Source of the DNA: Candidatus Eiseniibacteriota bacterium
GTDB lineage: Bacteria > Eisenbacteria > RBG-16-71-46 > SZUA-252
Direction: 5' to 3'
Assembly (NCBI GenBank): GCA_031370645.1
Contig: JANMQV010000071.1
Span: forward strand, 1 to 64,000
DNA: 64,000 nucleotides
Made by a program: the position numbers and the translations under genes. The notes beneath the pieces were generated by a model. That model did not search any database. It was not told the DNA's origin and saw only the letters and a list, made by a program, of their open reading frames with translations. Positions within the stretch are counted from its first letter, which is position 1. Each line of letters starts with the position of its first letter. Of this stretch, positions 37,849 through 47,329 are shown piece after piece.

Positions 37849-38556
37849 ATGGCCGCCGTCACGCACGCCGTCGAAGACTACTTGAAGGTGATCTGGAAAC
37901 TGAGCCACCGCGGCCGGGAGGACGAGCGGGTGCCGGTCGGTGATATCGCCGCCCATCTCCGCGTCTCGGCTCCCTCGGTCACGGGAATGGTGCAGAAACT
38001 CCAGGGGATGGGGCTCGTCCAGTACGCGCGCTACGACGGTGTGAGGCTGAGCGCCAAGGGGCGGAAGATCGCGCTCGAGATCGTTCGCCACCACCGCCTC
38101 TGGGAGCTCTACCTCCACACGCGGCTCGGTGTCCCGCTCGACCGCGTCGACCTGGAGGCGGAGCGGCTGGAGCACGTGCTGAGCGACGACATGGAAGAGC
38201 TCCTGTCGCGCGCGCTCGGCGATCCGACGCACGATCCGCACGGCGATCCGATTCCGACGAAGGCGGGCGCCATGGGGACGGTGCGCGGCGATCCGCTCCC
38301 GTCGCTCGCGCTCGACACCTCCGCGGTCGTGACGCACGTGAGCGACCGGCAGGCGGATAAACTCCGCTACTTGGTGACGCTCGGATTGGTGCCGGGCGCT
38401 CGCGTGGTGCTCCTCCATCGCGCGCCGTTCGGGGGTCCGCTCACGCTTCGGGTGGGGCGGAAACGCTGCGCCATCGATCCCGATCTGGCGGCGTTGGTGC
38501 GCGTGAGCGAGGAAGCCCCCGCGAAGCCGCGCCGCACTCCCCCTCGCTCCCGCTGA
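37849..38556 (+). CDS. DtxR/MntR-family metal-dependent repressor with FeoA domain
   Basis: EDYLKVI, RHHRLWELYL, EAERLEH, DPHGDPIP. Confidence 0.92.
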   Translation: MAAVTHAVEDYLKVIWKLSHRGREDERVPVGDIAAHLRVSAPSVTGMVQKLQGMGLVQYARYDGVRLSAKGRKIALEIVRHHRLWELYLHTRLGVPLDRVDLEAERLEHVLSDDMEELLSRALGDPTHDPHGDPIPTKAGAMGTVRGDPLPSLALDTSAVVTHVSDRQADKLRYLVTLGLVPGARVVLLHRAPFGGPLTLRVGRKRCAIDPDLAALVRVSEEAPAKPRRTPPRSR

Positions 38557-38557
38557 T

Positions 38558-39385
38558 TCAACCGAATAGAAGCGACGAAACATCCTCGAACGCCGTGACG
38601 CAGGGCGGGCCGCCGGCATGCTCGTATCGCGCGGCTCCGGGTATCCCAAGCGCGAGGAGCGTGCTCGAAACGGTGGGGAATCGCTCCCGGTGGAGGCAGA
38701 CGGCGGGTTGACTCGAATCGCCATGATGCCGGAGCAATCCCGAAAGGAGTTCGAACCCCTCCCGGGCGTCGCGCGGCCGCTCTCCCCGAAGTCTCGCGAG
38801 GAGCGCGCGGGTGCGCGGTTCCTCGGCGTCATCCAGCTCCGCATGCGTGATCACATGCCAGCCCGGCGTGAGGTTCGAAGGCCGCGGTTCATCGTCGGGC
38901 CGAAGCGCGATCACCCACGACGGCCCGCCCGCCTCCAGTCCCACGAGCGAGCAGGGCGCGTACCGATCGCGGCCGATGATTCGGAGCGCGGCGTCGAGCC
39001 GGGCGGGATAGGGGTCGCCGGTCGCCGGGTCGATCGCGAAAGGTGCGTCGAATCCGGGGCCTGAGGCGGCGGCGTCAATGCAGAGCAGGCCGCGGGAGCG
39101 AAGCGGCGACGCCGGCGCGAGGGGCGGTTCGGAATCGCCGGTCGACGCGCCCGCCCGCGAACCCGACACGGCGGGCCGTCGATTCAAGAGCGCCGAGACG
39201 AAGCGCGCCTCGCGCACCGCGAGCCACGTCCCCCCGGCGAGAAGATCTCGCCCGCCGACCACCGGAGGCCGTTCACGCAAACGGGCCGGCCCCGAGGAGG
39301 GGCGGCCCGGCGACTCATCTCGATTCGCGCCGACGAGGATCGTTCCGGGGCCCAGGATCTCGAGGCCCACGATCAGCGTGCACAC
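38558..39385 (-). CDS. NRDE/TANGO2-family protein
   Basis: Start (M)CTL, ANRDE, GGRDLLAGGTWL, SRGLL, TVSS. Confidence 0.85.
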   Translation of the reverse strand: MCTLIVGLEILGPGTILVGANRDESPGRPSSGPARLRERPPVVGGRDLLAGGTWLAVREARFVSALLNRRPAVSGSRAGASTGDSEPPLAPASPLRSRGLLCIDAAASGPGFDAPFAIDPATGDPYPARLDAALRIIGRDRYAPCSLVGLEAGGPSWVIALRPDDEPRPSNLTPGWHVITHAELDDAEEPRTRALLARLRGERPRDAREGFELLSGLLRHHGDSSQPAVCLHRERFPTVSSTLLALGIPGAARYEHAGGPPCVTAFEDVSSLLFG

Positions 39386-39398
39386 GGGGGAGGGGGCG

Positions 39399-40577
39399 CT
39401 AGACCCGCTCCTCCATCGGAATGTACGGAACATCGTGCCCGCCCGTGTAGATCTGGTCGGGGCGGAAAATGCGATTGTCCTTCAATTGCTCGAGCCAGTG
39501 CGAGAGCCACCCCGACACGCGCGCGATGGCGAAGATCGGCGTGAAGAGCGCGGTCGGAATGCCCATCGCCTGGTAGAGAACGCCGGAGTAGAAGTCGACG
39601 TTCGGCGCGATTCGCTTGGGTGCCAGATGCTCGGCCACGATCTGCTCCACTTCCTGCGCGATGCCGAGAAGCGGATCGCCGCCCCGCTTGGCGATCGCGA
39701 GCTTCGCCAATTCTTGGAGTACCAGCGCCCGCGGATCCTTCACCCGGTAGATGCGGTGCCCGATCCCCATGATCTTCTGCTTCCGCGCGATCAGATCCTC
39801 GATGAAGGGGCGCACCTTCTCGACCTCGCCGATGTTCTTCAGCATGTGGATCACCTGCTCGTTGGCGCCGCCGTGGAGCGGCCCCGTGAGCGCGCCGATC
39901 GCGGAGGAAACCACCGTGTAGGGGTCGGCCAGTGTCGAACCGGTGACGCGTCCGCCGAAGGTCGAGGCGTTCATCGAGTGCTCGGCGTGGAGGATGAAGC
40001 AGACGTCCATGATGCGCGTCATTTCCTCGTCCGGCTCCTCGCCGGTCAGCATGTAGAGAAAATTCCCCGCGTGCGTGAGTTCCGGCTTCGGCGCGATGTA
40101 CTCCTTGCCGTGGCTCAGCCGGTGGAACGCCGCCACGAGGGTCGGCGCCTTCGCGATGATCCGGACCACCGAGTTGTAGCGGTCCTCCGCGTTCAGCGGA
40201 TCGCGATCCGGATAGAACATGCCGAGTGCCGCGATCGACGCCTGCAGCGCTTCCATCGGGTGTCCCGTGTCGGGGAGGCACTTGAGGAGGTCGATCAGGC
40301 GGAAGCGGATATCGCGGTTCGTGGAGAGATCGCGGGAGAACTTCTCGAGTTCCGTGCGGTTGGGAAGCTTGTCCCAGAGGAGGAGATAGGACGTCTCCTC
40401 GAACGTGCTTCGCTCGGCTAGCACCTCGATCGGCATGCCGCGATACTCGAGCACGCCCTGGTCGCCGTCGATCCAGCAAATGCTCGACTTCGCGGCGGGA
40501 ACGCCGTCGAGACCGGGGACGTAGGGATACGGGGTCGGCGCCGCGGGCGGCGCCGGGGGAGCGGTACGCTCCGGCAT
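39399..40577 (-). CDS. gltA: Citrate synthase
   Basis: LHAEHSMNAST, GPLHGGANE, MGIGHRIYRVKDPRA, PNVDFYSG. Confidence 0.92.
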   Translation of the reverse strand: MPERTAPPAPPAAPTPYPYVPGLDGVPAAKSSICWIDGDQGVLEYRGMPIEVLAERSTFEETSYLLLWDKLPNRTELEKFSRDLSTNRDIRFRLIDLLKCLPDTGHPMEALQASIAALGMFYPDRDPLNAEDRYNSVVRIIAKAPTLVAAFHRLSHGKEYIAPKPELTHAGNFLYMLTGEEPDEEMTRIMDVCFILHAEHSMNASTFGGRVTGSTLADPYTVVSSAIGALTGPLHGGANEQVIHMLKNIGEVEKVRPFIEDLIARKQKIMGIGHRIYRVKDPRALVLQELAKLAIAKRGGDPLLGIAQEVEQIVAEHLAPKRIAPNVDFYSGVLYQAMGIPTALFTPIFAIARVSGWLSHWLEQLKDNRIFRPDQIYTGGHDVPYIPMEERV

Positions 40578-40759
40578 GATTCAACCTCCGATGCCGCGGC
40601 AGCGCCGCGGCGGATGTCTGGGGGATCTTCGGACGAGACGAAACGTTTCTTCGTGCCTATTTTGCGCGTACCACGCACCGGAATCAACGCCGGAGGGGCG
40701 GGAATGGTCGCATTCCCGCCCCTCCCGAGGGTTCCACGCTCCATTCGGCGCGAAGTGGG

Positions 40760-41770
40760 TCAGCGCTTTCCGCGTTTTCCCCTCTCGGGCGAGGCGAATC
40801 CCTGGATCCGCTTGATCGCCGCCGCGTTGTCGTCCAGGAGACCGGCCGGCACGAGGCGTGGGACCAGGTCGACCCACTTCCGCTCCTTGGCGAAGACCTT
40901 GCGGAAGAGGGGCCCGGCTTCCTTCTCGCGGCCCAATTTCCAGAGCGCGGCCGCCTGCCAGAAGAGGATCTCCATGTTCGTCGGGGCAAGGCGCGCGGCT
41001 TCCTTGTAGGACGTCATCGCCTCCTCGACCTTCCCTTCCGTGACCAAGGCGTCTCCGTCGTCCACGTGCTTGTAGGCGCGCCAGAGCGTCACGAGGCGGC
41101 GGAGTTCTTCGATCGGGCGGGGATTGTCGTCCACGCGAAGGTCGAGGACGCGGTCGGCCCAAGGTCGGGACGAGCGCTTGCCGCGAACGATGACGATGGC
41201 CGCCGATTGCTGGCCGCGAATATCGCCTCCCGCTCGCTGTCCCGCTTCCAGTGCGGCGAGGAGGCGTGCGGCCAGATCCCCCCTTGCCGATTCGTACGCG
41301 CGCGCCATGGAGGGCCAAATCGACTTGTTCGACATCAGATTGGCCTGCACGGAAAACTGGGCGCCCGCGCGGTCGCCGGCGTCGGGAATGCACTTGTCGC
41401 CGGTGTGGACCGCCACGCCGCCGTCGGCATCGATCATCGCGACCTGCCGGACGTCGCGGTACTGGTCCTGCGCCAGGAGCTCTTGGAGAGCCTGCTTGGC
41501 GGAACGGCCGTCGCGCATCATTTGAAGTCCCTTCGGGCCGTAGCTCACTTCGACCAGCGACTGCGTGGCGACGGCGCCGACTCCCGGCTCCGCCCAGGGA
41601 ACGATCGGGCCGACGGCGAAATAGTGCGATTGAACGGCGACGCCGATGTCGCCGGTCACGGAGTCGCGGGCCACGATCGAAAATGTGGCTCGAGCCGGGG
41701 ACGCCAGGACGAGAACCGCGAAGACGAGGAGTGCGGTGATCAGTCGTTCGGTGCTGTTTGGGATGGGCAC
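40760..41770 (-). CDS. DUF1028 (Ntn-hydrolase-like) exported protein with TPR
   Basis: ARA^TFSIVARD, GAVATQS, GGDIRGQQSAA, DLRVDD; GGAGG RBS. Confidence 0.88.
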   Translation of the reverse strand: MPIPNSTERLITALLVFAVLVLASPARATFSIVARDSVTGDIGVAVQSHYFAVGPIVPWAEPGVGAVATQSLVEVSYGPKGLQMMRDGRSAKQALQELLAQDQYRDVRQVAMIDADGGVAVHTGDKCIPDAGDRAGAQFSVQANLMSNKSIWPSMARAYESARGDLAARLLAALEAGQRAGGDIRGQQSAAIVIVRGKRSSRPWADRVLDLRVDDNPRPIEELRRLVTLWRAYKHVDDGDALVTEGKVEEAMTSYKEAARLAPTNMEILFWQAAALWKLGREKEAGPLFRKVFAKERKWVDLVPRLVPAGLLDDNAAAIKRIQGFASPERGKRGKR

Positions 41771-41910
41771 GAGGTCCTCCCTGGACCGGGTAGTGGCGTG
41801 AGGCAAAATTCGAATGCGGGGCGCTGGGGGATAAGCCGCAGCCCTTCGCGGGAGTCTCCCCAGGTTGGGAGGGCCCCGTCCGCGGGCGGCCGTGGCCCGT
41901 TCCAGCCAGC

Positions 41911-41941
41911 CTGTAAATAATTGATTTATTATAACTTACAG
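41911..41941. promoter_or_regulatory. AT-rich inverted repeat containing an IHF-consensus site in a divergent intergenic region
   Basis: CTGTAA...TTACAG; TAAATAATTGATT matches YAANNNNTTGATW. Confidence 0.5.
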
Positions 41942-42050
41942 CGTCCGAGAGCCACTCTTTTCATTGTCTTGAAGGCTCGATTCCTGCATACTATCCGCCG
42001 CGTCCGTGAGGTGCAACGTCGCTCGTCAACCAAAGGTGGATCAATCACGC

Positions 42051-43754
42051 ATGGCGCACCCCCGCTTCGCTCCCATCGCCCCATCGCTATTTCTAGCACT
42101 GGCCCTGGTCTGCTTCCCTTTGTCCGTCCCGGTGGCGCACGCCACGTGGGCCACCAACGGCAGCCCCGCTTCGCTTGCCGACTCGAACCAAGTGTTGGCG
42201 CGTTCGCTCGCCGACGGCTCGGGCGGCGTCTTCATGGTTTGGGAAGACTATCGGTCGGGTGACGCCGACATCTACGCGCAGCATCTCGACGGCGCCGGCA
42301 CTCCGCTCTGGGGTTCGAACGGCACGCTCGTCGTATCCCAGACGGCCGGCCAGGAATCGCCTGTTCTCGCGACGGATGGTTCGGGCGGCATCATCGTGGC
42401 CTGGCAGGATGGCCGAAGCGGCGGCTACGACATCTACGCCCAAGCGCTGAACGCCGCGGGCGCGACGCGCTGGACGGCGAGCGGAGTTCCGATCTGCCTC
42501 GCCTCCGGCACTCAAGTTCTTCAGGTCGCCACCGACGACGGCGCGGGTGGCGCCATCGTGGCGTGGCGCGATCAGCGCGGGGCCGACACCGACATCTACG
42601 TGCAGCGCGTCGACAACGGCGGCACGACGCTCTGGACGTTGAACGGCGCGGCCGTCTGCGACACGATCGGAACGCAGAGCGACATTCGCATCTTGAGGGA
42701 TCAGCAGGGTGGGGCGTTCATGCTCTGGCGCGACCGGCGGAGCGGCACCAATTCCGACCTCTATGCGCAGCGCGTGAACCCGAGCGGCGCCATGCTCTGG
42801 ACTAAGAATGGCGTCGTCGTCACCGCCGCCGTGAACGATCAATTGGGCCCCGCGGTCGTGAGCGACGGGCGCTTCGGCTTCATCGCCGCCTGGCATGACG
42901 CGCGGAACGGCCTCGACTACGACATCTTCGCGCAGCGCATTCGCCCGAACGGTGCGGCGGCCTGGACCGCGAACGGTGTCGGAGTCTCCGTCACCGCGGC
43001 GAATCAGCAGTTGCCGGTGATCACCTCCGACGGCGCCGCTGGCGCAATCGTGGCCTGGTTCGATCCGCGTACGAACTCGCGGGGCGACGTCTATGCCCAG
43101 CGCGTGGATAGTCTCGGCGTTCAGAAGTGGACCGCGAACGGAGTGGCGGTCTGCGCCGCGGACAGCACCCAGTTCGTGCGCACGATCGTTTCCGACCAAT
43201 CGGGCGGCGCCATCATCGGCTGGGACGACGACCGCGCCGGATTCCGCGAGGTGTGGGCGCAACACGTGAATGCGAGCGGTTCGCTCCTCTGGGCTCCGTT
43301 GGGACTTCAGATCGCGACGGCGGCAGGGCAGCGGAATCTCAATTCGTCCGTGGGCGACGGCCAAGGCGGCGCGATCTTCGCCTGGGAAGACTTCCGAAAC
43401 GGGATCAAGTCGGACATCTACGCCTACCGTGTCACGTCGATCGGTACGGGCGTGGAAGCATCGGCGGCTCCGGCGGCTCCGGTCCGTCTCTATCCGGCGC
43501 GTCCGAATCCCTTCAATCCGCACACCGTTCTTTCGTATCGGATCGACCAGCCGGGTGCCGTACGGCTCGCGCTCTACGATGTGCAGGGGCGCTTGATTCG
43601 GGTCCTGGTCCGTGGCGACCGGCCCGCGGGGACACACGATGTCTCCTGGGACGGCACCGACTCGCGGGGGACACCCTGCGCCTCGGGCGTCTACTTCGCC
43701 CTCCTCCAAGCGGGCTCCGCGAGGCGGCAGACTTCGCTCACGCTCCTCCGGTAA
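42051..43754 (+). CDS. Secreted 8-repeat (probable beta-propeller) protein with C-terminal FlgD-Ig-like domain
   Basis: Eight approximately 56-aa DGxGGxxxxWxDxR..DIYAQ repeats; PNPFNP...YDVQGRLIR...WDG...SGVYF. Confidence 0.85.
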   Translation: MAHPRFAPIAPSLFLALALVCFPLSVPVAHATWATNGSPASLADSNQVLARSLADGSGGVFMVWEDYRSGDADIYAQHLDGAGTPLWGSNGTLVVSQTAGQESPVLATDGSGGIIVAWQDGRSGGYDIYAQALNAAGATRWTASGVPICLASGTQVLQVATDDGAGGAIVAWRDQRGADTDIYVQRVDNGGTTLWTLNGAAVCDTIGTQSDIRILRDQQGGAFMLWRDRRSGTNSDLYAQRVNPSGAMLWTKNGVVVTAAVNDQLGPAVVSDGRFGFIAAWHDARNGLDYDIFAQRIRPNGAAAWTANGVGVSVTAANQQLPVITSDGAAGAIVAWFDPRTNSRGDVYAQRVDSLGVQKWTANGVAVCAADSTQFVRTIVSDQSGGAIIGWDDDRAGFREVWAQHVNASGSLLWAPLGLQIATAAGQRNLNSSVGDGQGGAIFAWEDFRNGIKSDIYAYRVTSIGTGVEASAAPAAPVRLYPARPNPFNPHTVLSYRIDQPGAVRLALYDVQGRLIRVLVRGDRPAGTHDVSWDGTDSRGTPCASGVYFALLQAGSARRQTSLTLLR

Positions 43755-43806
43755 ACGGCGTTCCCGCAACGACCTCGGTTTCCTCGCCGGGCTCCGGGCA
43801 ACCGGA

Positions 43807-43835
43807 TTGACTCCCGGCGGGGAAACCGATACTGT
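43807..43835 (+). promoter_or_regulatory. Putative sigma70 promoter of the spt operon
   Basis: TTGACT-17nt-TACTGT. Confidence 0.55.
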
Positions 43836-43902
43836 TTCCGCAGTTCTGACGCAGCAACCTCTCTCGGGCAACCCCCACTCCGAACACCACATTCGAGGAA
43901 GC

Positions 43903-45105
43903 GTGGATCTTTTCGAGAAGTGTAACAACTTTACCGAGCATCGTTTGGCCCAGCGTGCGGGGATTTACCCGTACTTCCTCCCGATCGCCGAAAATCATGG
44001 TACCGAGGTCACGATCAACGGCCGCCGCCTCATCATGGCGGGGTCGAATAACTACCTCGGCCTCACGAAGCACCCCAAGGTGATCGCGGCGGCGGAAGAA
44101 GCGCTTCGCCGCTTCGGGACGTCCAACAACGGCTCGCGATTCCTGAACGGGACCCTGGAACTCCACGTGGAGCTCGAGGCTCGCCTGGCGAAGTTCATGC
44201 GCAAGGAATCGGCTCTCGTCTTCTCGACCGGCTACCTCACGAATCTCGGCAGCATTTCGGCCCTGAGCGACAAGGGCGATGTGGTCATCCTCGACAAGGA
44301 AGCCCACGCCTGCATCGTGGACGGCGCCAGGCTCGGCTACGGCGACGTGAAGCGTTTCCGCCACAACGACGTGAACGATCTCGAACGGGTTCTTTCATCG
44401 GTTCCGCCGAAGGCAGGGAAACTGGTCGTGGTGGACGGGCTTTACTCCATGGAGGGCGACATCGCGCCGCTCCCGGAGATCGTCCGCCTCTGCAAGGAAT
44501 TCGACGCGAGACTTCTGGTGGACGACGCCCACGGCATCGGTGTGTTGGGTGATCGAGGCGCCGGCGCCTGCGACGCCGCCGGCGTGGAAGACGATGTCGA
44601 CTTGGTGATGGGCACATTCAGCAAATCATTCGCGTCGCTCGGCGGCTTCATCGCCGGTCCGACCCGCGTCCTCGACTATCTCCGCCACCACGCGCGCGCC
44701 ATGATCTTCTCGGCGAGCGTCACCCCGGCCAGCGTGGCCGCCGCCCTCGCGTCGCTCGAAATCATCGAGACCGAGCCGGCGCTCCGCGACCGCCTCCGCG
44801 CCATCGCCCTCAAGATGCGGACCGGCTTCCGGGCGCAGGGCCTCGAAGTCGGAAGCGGCGTCGGGACTCCGATCGTGCCGATCTTCATCGGCGACCGAAT
44901 GAAAACGATGCAGGTCTGGCGAAAGGTGCTCGATCGTGGCGTCTTTGTGAACGCCATCGTCGTTCCGGCCGTTCAGCCGGGGCGGGACCTCCTTCGCACC
45001 TCCTACATGGCGACCCACAAGGACGAGCAGCTCGATACGATTCTCCGGGTCGTGGACGAGGTGCGGCAGGAAGTCGGTCTCGAATTGGTCCCCAAGGCCA
45101 ACTAG
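43903..45105 (+). CDS. spt: Serine palmitoyltransferase-like alpha-oxoamine synthase (PLP)
   Basis: GIYPYF, GSNNYLGL, GSRFLNGT, DDAHG, GTFSKSF (PLP Lys); context with CerS- and CerR-like genes. Confidence 0.78.
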   Translation: MDLFEKCNNFTEHRLAQRAGIYPYFLPIAENHGTEVTINGRRLIMAGSNNYLGLTKHPKVIAAAEEALRRFGTSNNGSRFLNGTLELHVELEARLAKFMRKESALVFSTGYLTNLGSISALSDKGDVVILDKEAHACIVDGARLGYGDVKRFRHNDVNDLERVLSSVPPKAGKLVVVDGLYSMEGDIAPLPEIVRLCKEFDARLLVDDAHGIGVLGDRGAGACDAAGVEDDVDLVMGTFSKSFASLGGFIAGPTRVLDYLRHHARAMIFSASVTPASVAAALASLEIIETEPALRDRLRAIALKMRTGFRAQGLEVGSGVGTPIVPIFIGDRMKTMQVWRKVLDRGVFVNAIVVPAVQPGRDLLRTSYMATHKDEQLDTILRVVDEVRQEVGLELVPKAN

Positions 45106-45120
45106 GCGTTCGCGAACACC

Positions 45121-46233
45121 GTGGACGTCGTCCCGGTCGAGGGCTCGCGCGATCTAGCCCGCTTCATTCGATTTCCGCTCGAGCTCTACCGCGACCATCC
45201 GCATTGGGTGGCGCCTCTCTCCTCGGACGAGCAGGTCCGCCTCACCCCCGGAAAGAACCCCTTCTTCGAGCATGGCAAGGCCTCGACCTTCCTCGCGCTC
45301 GAGGGGGGGCGAATCGTCGGCCGCGTCGCCGCCTCCACCGACAAGAACCACGACTCGATCCATAGAGAGCGCCAGGGCGCGTTCGGATTCTTCGAAGCGC
45401 GTTCGGCCGCCGCCTCTTCGGCGCTTCTCGCCGCGGCGGAAGCATGGGCGCGCCAAGAGGGCGCGACGATCATGCGCGGGCCGCTCTCGTTCACCACGAA
45501 CGACGAATGCGGACTTCTGGTCGAGGGCTTCGACCGGTCGCAGCCTCTTCTGATGCCCTACAACCCACCCGAGTACGGCGGCTGGATCGAATCCGCCGGC
45601 TACGCGAAGGCGAAGGACCTCTACTCCTTCTCGATCCCCGGCCCTTATAAAGCCAATCCTACCTTTCAGCGCATCGCGGAAATGGCGCGCCGCCGCTCGG
45701 GCGTCGTGACTCGCCCGATCGACATGAAGCGCTTCGACCAGGAGCTGGCGCGCGTGAAGGATATCTACAACAGCGCGTGGGAGAAGAATTGGGGCTTCGT
45801 CCCGATGACCGACGCCGAGATCGATCACATGGCGAAGCAGCTGAAGCCGGCTGTGGTCGCCGATTTTATCCGCTTCGCCGAAGTGGATGGAAAGACGGTG
45901 GCGTTTCTTCTCTACGTGCCCGACGTCAATCTGGCATTGAAGCCGGCGCGGGGAAGTCTCTTTCCGTTCGGCATCTTTCATCTCCTCCTGGGGCTTCCGC
46001 GAATTCGCGAGGGACGGCTCATGGCGCTCGGGGTCGTGCCGGAGCATCGGCGCACCGGGCTCGCGCCCTCGCTCGTCACGGATCTGGGTGAGGCGCTCAC
46101 GAAGAAGGGCTACGGCCTCTCCACGATCGGCTGGACGCTCGAGGACAACGAGGCGGTGAACAATCTCGCGCTCGGCTATGGCTGCACTCGAAGCGCCGTG
46201 CACCGGATCTACGCCAAGCCGCTGAGCGCGTGA
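45121..46233 (+). CDS. cerS: GNAT-fold acyltransferase resembling bacterial ceramide synthase
   Basis: WVAPL, NPFF, VGRVAA, FGFFE, GLLVEGF...MPYNP, NWGFVPMT, WTLEDN; directly after spt. Confidence 0.7.
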   Translation: MDVVPVEGSRDLARFIRFPLELYRDHPHWVAPLSSDEQVRLTPGKNPFFEHGKASTFLALEGGRIVGRVAASTDKNHDSIHRERQGAFGFFEARSAAASSALLAAAEAWARQEGATIMRGPLSFTTNDECGLLVEGFDRSQPLLMPYNPPEYGGWIESAGYAKAKDLYSFSIPGPYKANPTFQRIAEMARRRSGVVTRPIDMKRFDQELARVKDIYNSAWEKNWGFVPMTDAEIDHMAKQLKPAVVADFIRFAEVDGKTVAFLLYVPDVNLALKPARGSLFPFGIFHLLLGLPRIREGRLMALGVVPEHRRTGLAPSLVTDLGEALTKKGYGLSTIGWTLEDNEAVNNLALGYGCTRSAVHRIYAKPLSA

Positions 46234-47267
46234 GCGGACCCGCCCCTTCGCCGGCAAGCGAGCCGCCGCGCTCGCCCGCGCCCGACGCCCCGCTCGCCGT
46301 CGTGACGGGGGCATCGGGGTTCGTCGGAAGCCACATCGTCGATCAACTCCTCGGCCGCGGCGCGCGAGTCCGCTGCATCCTTCGCCGCACTTCCTCACGG
46401 CGCTGGCTGGAAGGGAAGCCGGTCGAGATCGCCGTGACTCCGCTGGAGGACTCGGCGGCGCTCGCCGCCGCCGTCGCGGGGGCCACCTGGATCGTCCACG
46501 CCGCCGGGCTCACGAGCGCCCGGAACGCCGCCGAATTCCACGAAGCGAATGTCGGCGGCACCGAGCAGATGCTTCGCGCCGCCTTATCGGTAGGCTCGCC
46601 GCTCCGCCGCTTCCTCCTGATCTCGAGCCTGGCCGCCGCCGGACCGAGCCGTGACGGAATGCCGGTCACCGAGGCGCACCCGCCGCGCCCCGTTTCCGCA
46701 TACGGCGAGAGCAAACTTCGCGCGGAGGAACTCGTCCTCCAAATCCGCCATCGCCTTTCGGTCTGCTCCATTCGCCCGCCGGCAGTCTATGGACCCCGCG
46801 ACGAAGCGACGTTCAAGATCTTCGCGGCGGTGAAGCGGCACGTGCAGCCCGTGCTCCACCGCGGAGGGAAATTCTCGATCGTCCATGCGGAGGATCTGGC
46901 GCGCGCCTGCTGCCTCGCGCTCGAAGACGATCGTGCCTCGGGCGAAGTCTTCTTCGTCTCGGAGCCCGAGGTCACCGACTACGACCGGATGGGAAACGCC
47001 GCGAAACTGGCGCTTGGGACCTGGGCCGTTCGCTTCGAGCCGCCGGCGTGGCTCCTCGCGCTCGGCGCGCTCGGGGGGGAGGCGATCGGCGCGATGACGA
47101 ATCGGCCACCGCTTCTCTCGCGGCAGAAGCTGCGGGAAATTCAGGCCGGCGACTGGATCTGCAGCTCGGCGAAGATCCGGTCGCATCTCGGCTGGGCGCC
47201 GGAGATGCAGCTCGCCGCCGGGTTTCGACAGACGGCGGCCTGGTACCGCGAGGCTGGCTGGCTGTAG
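46230..47267 (+). CDS. NAD-dependent extended SDR, candidate ceramide reductase
   Basis: TGASGFVG, ISSLAAAGP, YGESK, RPPAVYGPRD; GTGA-coupled to the cerS-like gene. Confidence 0.7.
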   Translation: MSGPAPSPASEPPRSPAPDAPLAVVTGASGFVGSHIVDQLLGRGARVRCILRRTSSRRWLEGKPVEIAVTPLEDSAALAAAVAGATWIVHAAGLTSARNAAEFHEANVGGTEQMLRAALSVGSPLRRFLLISSLAAAGPSRDGMPVTEAHPPRPVSAYGESKLRAEELVLQIRHRLSVCSIRPPAVYGPRDEATFKIFAAVKRHVQPVLHRGGKFSIVHAEDLARACCLALEDDRASGEVFFVSEPEVTDYDRMGNAAKLALGTWAVRFEPPAWLLALGALGGEAIGAMTNRPPLLSRQKLREIQAGDWICSSAKIRSHLGWAPEMQLAAGFRQTAAWYREAGWL

Positions 47268-47329
47268 TAGACTCGCTCCACGGGGGGCACGGATCAGGCC
47301 GGAGCCGGCACCCCGCGGAAGGACCCCTG

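Noticed and set aside
41911-41941. dif site
   Set aside because: No XerD arm (TTATGTTAAAT) match; fits the IHF consensus better
43903-45105. BioF or Kbl annotation
   Set aside because: No bio or tdh genes nearby; SPT-like motifs and CerS/CerR-like neighbours fit better, though not proven
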